Positions 8,244-15,173 of a stretch of DNA of 16,655 nt are shown in pieces. This stretch comes from an uncultured bacterium (lineage in GTDB: Bacteria > Abyssobacteria > SURF-5). The stretch spans positions 13,184 through 29,838 of the forward strand of contig CAZEBC010000005.1 of assembly GCA_964510165.1 (NCBI GenBank). Reading direction: 5' to 3'. The first letter of the stretch is position 1. Each line of letters opens with the position of its first letter. Both the position numbers and the translations under genes were made by a program. The notes beneath the pieces were generated by a model. It worked only from the letters and a program-made list of their open reading frames with translations, did not search any database and was not told the origin of the DNA.

Positions 8244-9664
8244 CTTTTCTCACCTCTGGACACAACCTGTTCATTTGATTCATAACCAGGAACCGGTTCC
8301 GCCGCAAACACGCTCAGGACTCCTTCCGGCCAGCGCCCCAGAATAATGAGCGACATCTCGGCCAGGACTATTTCGCGCTGACCCATAGCAGTTGCATGAC
8401 TCAGCCAGTACTCCAAGAGCGATCTTTCCGCGTCGAGCAAGTCAAGAAAGCTCGATATTCCGGCGATGTAGCCGGCGCGCGCGGATTCCAGCGACGCCCT
8501 CCCCTTGGGAACGAGACGGTCGCCGTACAGCTTGACGGCGCGGTCGGCCTCGCGCCACGCAAACGCCGTCTCCGCAAACCGGACCGCCAATTCAAGCTCC
8601 TCCGCTGACAAACGTGCCCGCGCGGCGCCAACGCCCGCGCTTTCGCGCGCGATTTCAGCCGCGATCTTGTCGCGCCATATCGGGAGCGTGATCCCGAATG
8701 ACGGCATCAGCGGGACCGGCGACGCCTTCACGTCGCCTCCCACCGAAAACGAGTAATCCGGCACCGTGGTTTTTCGCGCAAGCTGGTACAGCGCGATCGC
8801 CTGCGTGACTTCGGCCCTCATCTCTTTGAGTCTTGGGTTGCGCTCAAACGCGATCTCCAAGAGCGATTGCTCGGTGAAGTCGGGAGGGGTCGGCTCAAGC
8901 CGCAACTTCAGCGTGGGAAGCCGCTCGTCAGGCGGCATGCCGAGCGCCGACTTGAGCCTCGCCTCGATGGGCGTGCGAGAGTCCTCCAGATTCGCAAATT
9001 CCGTCTTGAGCCGGTCACGCTCGATCTGCGCGCGCAACACGTCCTGTTGAGTAACCGTCCCGACAACCAGCCGCTCTCTCGATATGCGCTCCATGTCGTC
9101 AACGAGAGCGAGCGTCTCGCGGGTCCAGCGAATCTGCTCCTCAACCACCCAAAGCTGATAGTATGCCCGTTTCACGGCAAGCGCGGTCGCAAGAAGTTCA
9201 TTCTCGAAGACGGCGCGCTTCTTCAACGCCTCGCCATATGCCGCGTCGGCACGCAGACCAAGTTTGCCCGGTCCGGGCCAGTTGCTCATCGGGTCGGTCA
9301 TCAGCATCGGCGTGAGCGCCTCCAGTACTCCCTCCATTATCTCGGCGTCGAAGTTGAGCATCGGGTCGGGCAGCGAGCGCGCCGTGGTGATCTCTTCCAC
9401 CGCCGCCTTCCATTCATAAAAGGCCGCCTCGGCTCGCGGATTGTTCAGGATGGCGTACTCCATAAGTTCGGATAAATCCGAGGAGGAAGTGAGTGTCGGC
9501 AGCGCAGGACGCTCGCTCTCCGGCCTGTAGGTCGCCTCTGTCATGTTCAGGTCGGCGCGGGCGGCTTTCTCATTTTTCGTCGGGATACCCGCACAGCCGG
9601 CAACGAATAAAATCGAGGCCGCGAGCGTTCCGTATATAACCAATGACCGGCGGTTGAATTGCAC
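8240..9664 (-). CDS. TolC-family outer-membrane efflux lipoprotein (CusC role)
   Basis: Signal peptide with lipobox FVAG|C; two OEP repeats (AILNNP..LPDP, AFERNP..VPD); GISSFLDLLDAERSL. GTG start with AGGAGG RBS; first gene of the OMF-cusB-cusA operon. Confidence 0.9.
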   Translation of the reverse strand: MQFNRRSLVIYGTLAASILFVAGCAGIPTKNEKAARADLNMTEATYRPESERPALPTLTSSSDLSELMEYAILNNPRAEAAFYEWKAAVEEITTARSLPDPMLNFDAEIMEGVLEALTPMLMTDPMSNWPGPGKLGLRADAAYGEALKKRAVFENELLATALAVKRAYYQLWVVEEQIRWTRETLALVDDMERISRERLVVGTVTQQDVLRAQIERDRLKTEFANLEDSRTPIEARLKSALGMPPDERLPTLKLRLEPTPPDFTEQSLLEIAFERNPRLKEMRAEVTQAIALYQLARKTTVPDYSFSVGGDVKASPVPLMPSFGITLPIWRDKIAAEIARESAGVGAARARLSAEELELAVRFAETAFAWREADRAVKLYGDRLVPKGRASLESARAGYIAGISSFLDLLDAERSLLEYWLSHATAMGQREIVLAEMSLIILGRWPEGVLSVFAAEPVPGYESNEQVVSRGEKR

Positions 9665-9742
9665 GGCTTCTATCCTCCTATTATGTGGAGGCCCGCTTCA
9701 CCTCGACCGGCGAGTGCGGGCCCGACAACCACTTGTCATTTT

Positions 9743-9759
9743 GGCAAGAGGAATGCCAA
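9743..9759 (-). promoter_or_regulatory. Sigma54 (RpoN) -24/-12 promoter of the cus operon
   Basis: The minus strand reads TTGGCAT-TCCTC-TTGCC, matching TGGCAC-N5-TTGCW with exact GG-N10-GC spacing. Predicted TSS about 9732, roughly 68 nt before GTG9664. Confidence 0.75.
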
Positions 9760-9788
9760 TCACATGACTCGGCATCGCCGGTTAGTCA

Positions 9789-9801
9789 TAATATATTGAT
9801 T
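9789..9801 (-). promoter_or_regulatory. IHF binding site
   Basis: The minus strand reads AATCAA-TATA-TTA, a perfect WATCAA-N4-TTR, in an AT-rich patch just upstream of the sigma54 box. Confidence 0.7.
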
Positions 9802-9858
9802 TGTAATGAGTTACATTCGCAGGAGAGCCTCGGCAAGTTCTCCTCGTAAGAGCCCCGA

Positions 9859-9874
9859 TGTGGGTTTGCCGACA
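9859..9874. promoter_or_regulatory. Candidate enhancer-binding-protein site (UAS)
   Basis: TGT-GGGTTTGCCG-ACA (TGT-N10-ACA, imperfect palindrome), about 127-142 bp upstream of the predicted sigma54 TSS. Confidence 0.4.
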
Positions 9875-9983
9875 GTGGGTTGTCTGTGTTTGTTCATATC
9901 AAAGAGATGCGAGGTTGGGCCCCATAGTCGCCTTTCTCATAGACATATGCGAGAAACCTTGAAGCGTCCGCTCGGACTTGTGA

Positions 9984-10012
9984 TTGACCCGCCGCGCAAA
10001 CATCACTATAAT
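9984..10012 (+). promoter_or_regulatory. Sigma70 promoter for the FHA-GGDEF/cobB unit
   Basis: TTGACC (9984-9989), 17 bp spacer, TATAAT (10007-10012); about 50 bp before ATG10064. Confidence 0.8.
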
Positions 10013-10063
10013 AAGGCTCATGGAGTCGCCACAAGTTCGCCCGTTCAAGAAGGTGAATGCAGC

Positions 10064-10981
10064 ATGAAAGACGACGATACCGTTCGAATTGACTTTGGGA
10101 CGGGCGAATACAGCGCCACTGTGACGACCGCACTTCTACAAGTAATTCGCGGAGCCGAGATCGGCAGCGAGTTCGAGATCAAGCCCGGCAACAACATCAT
10201 TGGTCGGCGGGCCGATTGCGCAATCCGCATCGTCAACAAGTCCATTTCCCGAAGACATGCCCAGATCATATATAGCCCTGAGGAACCTCCCGACCGACGA
10301 TACATGCTGTATGACCTTCAGAGCACGAACGGCACGAGGGTGAACAACTCGCTAATCGAGCGGTGCGGGCTCCAAGGCGGCGACCGAGTGCAATTCGGCG
10401 CGGTCGTCTGCAAGTTTATGGAAATCGATTCGCTCGAGAAGAATTATCTTGAGGAACTCAAGAAACTCATTGAATACGATAAACAAACCGAACTCCTTCA
10501 ATTGAAGCCGTTCTACCAGAGACTGGACCAGGCGCTTCAGGATGCCCGCGCCAACGGAGAGCCGGTGTCGGTGTTGATGATGGACCTCGATGGCCTGAAA
10601 AAGATCAACGACCTTCACGGCCATCTTGTCGGAACTCACGTGATCGTGAAGATTGCAAAACTGGTTCACGACGAGTTGTCGCCTTCGGGTGTGGCCGCTC
10701 TGTACGGCGGAGACGAGTTCGTCGGCTACCTGCCGAACGTCGCCAAGAAAGGCGCGCTCCAAAAGGCCGAGCACCTGCGACAGATGGTCAGCATCCTGCG
10801 GTTTCCCGAAAAGCACATCTCACAGCAGGTCTCCATCAGCATTGGAGTGGCCGAGTATCCGGCAGACGCCAGCGAGATGACTCAGCTTGTCGGCAACGCC
10901 GACAAGGCGCTCTACGCCGCAAAACGGATCGGAAAGAATTGCGTCGTCGCGTATGACCGTTCCATGAGCCAGTCCGAATGA
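10064..10981 (+). CDS. FHA-domain GGDEF dinucleotide cyclase (DgcB-like architecture, Hypr-type Thr at the base-specificity position)
   Basis: FHA motifs IIGR, SISRRHA, DLQSTNGTRVN; GGDEF domain DLDGLKKINDLHGHLVGT..LYGGDEF..SIGVA..ADKALYAAKRIGKN. Start ATG10064 (AAGGTGA RBS, downstream of the sigma70 promoter) rather than 9806; 305 aa. Confidence 0.9.
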   Translation: MKDDDTVRIDFGTGEYSATVTTALLQVIRGAEIGSEFEIKPGNNIIGRRADCAIRIVNKSISRRHAQIIYSPEEPPDRRYMLYDLQSTNGTRVNNSLIERCGLQGGDRVQFGAVVCKFMEIDSLEKNYLEELKKLIEYDKQTELLQLKPFYQRLDQALQDARANGEPVSVLMMDLDGLKKINDLHGHLVGTHVIVKIAKLVHDELSPSGVAALYGGDEFVGYLPNVAKKGALQKAEHLRQMVSILRFPEKHISQQVSISIGVAEYPADASEMTQLVGNADKALYAAKRIGKNCVVAYDRSMSQSE

Positions 10982-10997
10982 ACGGCGGAGGAAAACT

Positions 10998-11786
10998 ATG
11001 GAACCCCGTCTCGACGCTCTCATCGAAGAGGCTGCCCAAATAGTCGCGTCCGCCAGAAAAGTGGTCGTTTTCACCGGAGCCGGCGTGAGCACAGAATCGG
11101 GCATCCCTGACTTCAGAAGCCCGGGCGGCATCTGGACCAAGTATCAGCCGATCATGTTTCAGGATTTCATGTCAAGCGAGGAGATGCGGCGCGAGTCGTG
11201 GCGCAGAGGAAAGGAAACCTATCATCTCTTTGCCGACGTCGAACCTAACCCCGCGCATTATGCCACGGTCGAACTGGAACGCATGGGCAAGCTCGACTGC
11301 GTCATCACGCAGAACATCGACAACCTTCACCAAAGGGCCGGCAGTTCTCCCGAACTTGTCATTGAACTTCACGGCACGGCCATGTACGTCATCTGCATGA
11401 ACTGCGGCAAGCGCTGGCCACGGGCGGAAATACAGGAGTGGCTCCTCGCCGGAGTCGAAATACCCTATTGCGATGAGTGCGGCGGAATCATGAAGTCTGC
11501 CACCATCTCCTTCGGACAGGCCATGCCCGAGCGGGAAACCATGGAGGCCCAGGTGCGCTCGCAGCGAGCGGAGGTGTTTATTGTGGTGGGTTCCTCGCTC
11601 GTCGTCTATCCCGCCGCCCATATGCCGATGATCGCGAAACAGGCAGGCGCCAGGCTCATCATCATCAATCTGAGCGAAACGCCGTTCGATGACTATGCCG
11701 ACGTGGTGATTCGAGGGAAGGCCGGTGAAGTAATGAGACGCCTCGTCGACCGCGTGAAGGCGCTTACAGGCGGCGCCCCGGGATGA
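10998..11786 (+). CDS. cobB: NAD+-dependent protein deacylase, sirtuin (Sir2/CobB family)
   Basis: GAGVSTESGIPDFRS, TQNIDNLH, ELHG, Zn ligands CMNC/CDEC, SFGQ, GSSLVVYPAA, IINL. GGAGG RBS; 16 bp after the GGDEF stop. Confidence 0.93.
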   Translation: MEPRLDALIEEAAQIVASARKVVVFTGAGVSTESGIPDFRSPGGIWTKYQPIMFQDFMSSEEMRRESWRRGKETYHLFADVEPNPAHYATVELERMGKLDCVITQNIDNLHQRAGSSPELVIELHGTAMYVICMNCGKRWPRAEIQEWLLAGVEIPYCDECGGIMKSATISFGQAMPERETMEAQVRSQRAEVFIVVGSSLVVYPAAHMPMIAKQAGARLIIINLSETPFDDYADVVIRGKAGEVMRRLVDRVKALTGGAPG

Positions 11787-11802
11787 ACCCCGGGCGCCGT
11801 TT
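11771..11802 (+). terminator. GC-rich hairpin over the cobB stop (weak terminator or RNA stability element)
   Basis: CGGCGCCCCGGG-ATGAA-CCCCGGGCGCCG: 12-bp stem with one mismatch and TGA in the loop, followed by only TTT. Confidence 0.4.
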
Positions 11803-11849
11803 GCCGTGCCGGTTGAATCAAATTCTCGTTTCGGCGGAGACATTTTCCA

Positions 11850-12905
11850 TTGCCTGAACGACCCGAAAACAGGCTGTTCATCGCCGTTGCGCTCACGATG
11901 ACCATCATGGTCATCGGAACAGTCGCCTACCGCTTCATGACCGGCGACTCCTACGACTGGCTCACCGCGCTCTACATGGTCGTCATCACTCTGGCTACCG
12001 TGGGCTACGGAGAAGTGATTGACACCTCGCATCACCCGGCGGCCCGCATCTTCACAATCGTGTTCATATTGTTTGGGATGGGAATCCTGCTGTACACGGT
12101 CAGCACGGTCACCTCAATCATGGTTGAGATGGACCTTCGCGACGTGTTCAAGAGGAGAAAAATGAATAAGGACATCGAAAAACTGAGACAACACGTCATA
12201 CTCTGTGGAGCCGGTCAGACCGGCACTTGCATCGCTCAGGAAATGCTCAAGACGGGCACGAGCTTCGTGGTGATCGAACGAGAACCCGAGCGCGTTGAAG
12301 CCCTCATGAAGTTCGGCAACGTCTTCTACATACTTGGCGACGCGACCGATGACGATATCCTGCTCAGGGCGGGCATCGTTCGGGCAGCCAGTCTGGCCGC
12401 CGCGCTCTCGACGGAAAAGGACAACCTGTTTCTCACGCTCACCGCCCGCCAGCTCAATCCTTCGATTCGGATCGTCGCGCGCGGACTCGATCCCGTCGTC
12501 GACCGCAAGCTGCGCAAGGCCGGCGCCGATGCGGTCGTATCTCCTACCTACATTGGCGGCCTGCGCATGGCCTCGGAACTCATCAGGCCGACAGTCGTCT
12601 CCTTTCTGGACACCATGCTCAGAGACACGTCGGCCACGATCCGGTTTGAAGAGATCAACATAAGCCCGAACTCCAGGTTCATCAACAAGACCATTCAATC
12701 CACAAAGCTGCGCGACCATGATCTCCTCGTCGTCGCCCTCAGAAAGGCGGGCTCATCCGGGTTCATCTACAACCCCCCTGCCGACACCATTCTCACCGAG
12801 GGGACAAGGCTGGTTGTGCTGGGCGAGTCAAATCGTATCCGGGAACTCGGCCAGATATTCAATGAGACACAAGGCGCAAAGGCCGCGTCTAATTTTCCGT
12901 CCTAG
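11850..12905 (+). CDS. 2-TM potassium channel with RCK (TrkA_N + TrkA_C) domains, MthK/Kch-like
   Basis: Selectivity filter TLATVGYGE between TM helices; Rossmann motif ILCGAGQTG; GDATDDDIL..AGI; AGADAVVSP; TrkA_C region VVALRK..YNPPADTIL..LVVLG. TTG start with GGAG RBS. Confidence 0.92.
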   Translation: MPERPENRLFIAVALTMTIMVIGTVAYRFMTGDSYDWLTALYMVVITLATVGYGEVIDTSHHPAARIFTIVFILFGMGILLYTVSTVTSIMVEMDLRDVFKRRKMNKDIEKLRQHVILCGAGQTGTCIAQEMLKTGTSFVVIEREPERVEALMKFGNVFYILGDATDDDILLRAGIVRAASLAAALSTEKDNLFLTLTARQLNPSIRIVARGLDPVVDRKLRKAGADAVVSPTYIGGLRMASELIRPTVVSFLDTMLRDTSATIRFEEINISPNSRFINKTIQSTKLRDHDLLVVALRKAGSSGFIYNPPADTILTEGTRLVVLGESNRIRELGQIFNETQGAKAASNFPS

Positions 12906-12920
12906 CGGAGAAGCCGGGAT

Positions 12921-12940
12921 AGGTTATACTATATTAACCT
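12921..12940. promoter_or_regulatory. Inverted repeat AGGTTA-N8-TAACCT overlapping a TATACT -10-like hexamer
   Basis: Directly visible AT-rich palindrome about 45 bp upstream of ATG12986; no good -35 hexamer. Confidence 0.35.
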
Positions 12941-12985
12941 TCACTTGTGGGAACTGATGACCGAGAGTCGAGGCAGGGGGGCCTT

Positions 12986-14143
12986 ATGAGTGGACAATCG
13001 GGACGAGTTGAAATCGTTCGAGTTGACTCGAAGCGCCAATTAACCGAGTTCATCAAGTTTCCCTGGCAAGTCTATCGCGGCGACAAACACTGGGTGCCCC
13101 CGCTCATTCGTGAACAGAGGGTTTTCTTAAGTCCCGCCAACCCCTTCTTCGAGCACGCTGACGCCGAGTATTATCTTGCCGTCAGAGGCGGCAAGACGTG
13201 TGGCCGCATCTCCGTCAGCATCGACTACAACTACATCAAGTTCCACAATGAGAAGATGGGATGCTTCGGCTTCTTCGAGGCGTTCAATGACCAGGAGGTC
13301 GCCTCGGGACTGCTTGATGTGGCCCGGGCCAGGCTCGCCGAACGAGGGATGGAGATCATGAGGGGGCCGTTCAACTTCACCACCAACCATGAGTGCGGAC
13401 TGCTCGTAGACGGCTTCGACAGCGACCCCGTCATGCTCACCACCTACAACCCGCCCTATTATATGGAGCTCTTTGAGCGATACGGCCTCAAGAAGGCGCG
13501 CGACCTCTATTCGTTCCACATCACCGACCTCGAGGTGGACCTGTCATACATCCGCAAACTCGCGGAGAAGGCCGCCGAAAACCACGTGACCGCCCGCAAG
13601 GTCAACCTCAAGGATGTTCAGAATGAGATGGAGCGCGTCAAGCAGGTGTACAACAACGCCTGGAGCAAGAACTGGGGATTTGTTCCCCTGACCGAAAAGG
13701 AGATTGAGGACATCGCCCACCACATGAAAGACCTCGTCATCGAGGAGCTTTGCTATATAGGCGAACTCGGCGGCAAACCCATTGGGTTCCTCATGTTCCT
13801 GCCCGACTACAACGTCGTCGCCAAGAAGATGAACGGAAAGATGGGGCCGATCCAGATGCTCCAGTTCCTCTGGTACAAGAACCGGATCAACAAGGGCAGG
13901 CTCTTCATGATGGGCGTGCATCGCGACTACCAGAAAACCGGTGTCGCCGCCGCCATGGTCGTGAAAGCTTACGATTGCGCCATCAAACGCGGATTCAAGA
14001 GCGCCGAGTTCTCATGGATTCTCGAGGATAATCACCCCGTCATAGCGATCAGCGAATTCCTGGGCGGCAAACGGTACAAGACTCATCGCATCTATGAACT
14101 GCCGCTCTCAGCCGCAACGGCAACCACGGCCCCGAAGGACTGA
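12986..14143 (+). CDS. YghO-like GNAT-family acyltransferase (candidate bacterial ceramide synthase, bCerS-like)
   Basis: FIKFPWQVY..HWVPPL..NPFFEH, GRIS, FGFFEAFND, RGPFNFTTNHECGLLVDGF, YNPPYY, YNNAWSKNWGFVP, LPDYN, acyl-CoA loop MGVHRDYQKTGVA, EFSWILEDN. ATG12986 with AGGGGG RBS. Confidence 0.8.
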   Translation: MSGQSGRVEIVRVDSKRQLTEFIKFPWQVYRGDKHWVPPLIREQRVFLSPANPFFEHADAEYYLAVRGGKTCGRISVSIDYNYIKFHNEKMGCFGFFEAFNDQEVASGLLDVARARLAERGMEIMRGPFNFTTNHECGLLVDGFDSDPVMLTTYNPPYYMELFERYGLKKARDLYSFHITDLEVDLSYIRKLAEKAAENHVTARKVNLKDVQNEMERVKQVYNNAWSKNWGFVPLTEKEIEDIAHHMKDLVIEELCYIGELGGKPIGFLMFLPDYNVVAKKMNGKMGPIQMLQFLWYKNRINKGRLFMMGVHRDYQKTGVAAAMVVKAYDCAIKRGFKSAEFSWILEDNHPVIAISEFLGGKRYKTHRIYELPLSAATATTAPKD

Positions 14144-15033
14144 GAACGCCGTTGCCACGCGCGCTCGACACGATCCGTCACAAGAACGACCGCGACCCCG
14201 AGCACCGCCCCGGCGACCACATCCGCCACATAGTGATACTGGAGCCATACCGTCGACACGATCAGACCCGTTGCGACCGGCAGCATCCACCAGAAGAGCC
14301 GCCGCGCAAACCGCCGGCAGTATATCAAGGTTACCAGCGTCACTTCCGCGTGACCGCTCGGGAAGCAGTCCCACCGATAAGGCTCCAGCACGAACAGCAC
14401 CTGTCGAATGAACGATCCCACCCACTTCCCCTTGACAGCGAACGGATGAAGCGCGGCCAGCGTTTGTGACGGCCCGCTCGCCGGGAACAAAAGGTTCCCG
14501 ACATACGAGGCGTAGAAACCCAGACAGATAGCGGCGGCAAACGTCTCGAACTCATCCATCTTGCCCCTGAAATACAGGGCGCCGCCCACAATCACCGGCA
14601 AGAAGAAGAAGCTGGCATAGCATAATTGAAGCGCGTCAACCAGGTACGGGTTCAAAAACCTCGACAGGTACACCGTCGGGTGGACCCCGAATACCGCGTA
14701 ATCCAGCGCGATCAACTCCGAATCAACGTCGTATGGCAGCACATGGTGCACCATCTCGCCGATACTGAAAAACGCGATTATGACGAACGCAAGCGGAAAC
14801 CACCGGCGGGGGATGACCGTTCTCGGGCTGGGGTTGCCGCGATAGAGCCAGATGAGCGCGCAGCCCACCGTGATCATCGCGCTGTAAAGCAGAGCCAGCA
14901 GCGGCCAGGCACGTACCCGGTCCGTGAACAAAAGACATATCAGGAGCAGCAGAAGGAAAAAGACGAGATTTATGATATCCGAAGGCAGAACCAATTGAGC
15001 AAGTTGATTTCGCGACAGCTTGCGCTGCGACAT
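14092..15033 (-). CDS. Polytopic PAP2-superfamily protein, Aur1/IPT1-like (PAP2_3) phosphotransferase/phosphoesterase
   Basis: About 8 TM segments; motifs LIALDYAVFGVHP, LQLCYASFF, LLFPASGP, DCFPSGH, STVWLQYHYVADV. GAGGGGAG RBS. Confidence 0.85.
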   Translation of the reverse strand: MSQRKLSRNQLAQLVLPSDIINLVFFLLLLLICLLFTDRVRAWPLLALLYSAMITVGCALIWLYRGNPSPRTVIPRRWFPLAFVIIAFFSIGEMVHHVLPYDVDSELIALDYAVFGVHPTVYLSRFLNPYLVDALQLCYASFFFLPVIVGGALYFRGKMDEFETFAAAICLGFYASYVGNLLFPASGPSQTLAALHPFAVKGKWVGSFIRQVLFVLEPYRWDCFPSGHAEVTLVTLIYCRRFARRLFWWMLPVATGLIVSTVWLQYHYVADVVAGAVLGVAVVLVTDRVERAWQRRSQSFGAVVAVAAESGSS

Positions 15034-15118
15034 TTGCTTTCTCTCCCCTCAAGAAGCAAATTTGCCATCTTCGAAATGAACTGCCTCACCGCCAAAACTC
15101 CCAATCGGAACCCCTTAT

Positions 15119-15147
15119 ATTATAATCCGAACGACTCTCTTTGTTAA
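15119..15147 (-). promoter_or_regulatory. Sigma70 promoter for the PAP2 gene
   Basis: Minus strand TTAACA (15147-15142), 17 bp spacer, TATAAT (15124-15119). Confidence 0.7.
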
Positions 15148-15173
15148 AATCGCCTCTCCGAGACCGGCGCCGA

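Noticed and set aside
9820-9880. Minus-strand GGCAAACCC resembling the start of a GEMM-I (c-di-GMP/cGAMP) riboswitch
   Set aside because: There is no GNRA-capped P2 or following GCAAAGC-like segment, and it lies upstream of the predicted TSS. An Rfam scan would settle it.
9806-10063. 86-aa N-terminal extension of the FHA-GGDEF ORF
   Set aside because: It runs through the regulatory region and starts upstream of the TTGACC/TATAAT promoter; the sequence is not protein-like, and ATG10064 has an RBS.
10998-11786. Sirtuin as a Thoeris/CBASS-like anti-phage NADase effector next to a nucleotide cyclase
   Set aside because: It is a stand-alone canonical deacylase with a Zn-ribbon and catalytic His, has no sensor-domain fusion, and shows no defence-island context.
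12954-12975. CTGATGA followed by a small GAC/GTC stem, resembling a hammerhead ribozyme core
   Set aside because: The required GAAA after stem II is missing (GAGG), and no stems I or III are evident.
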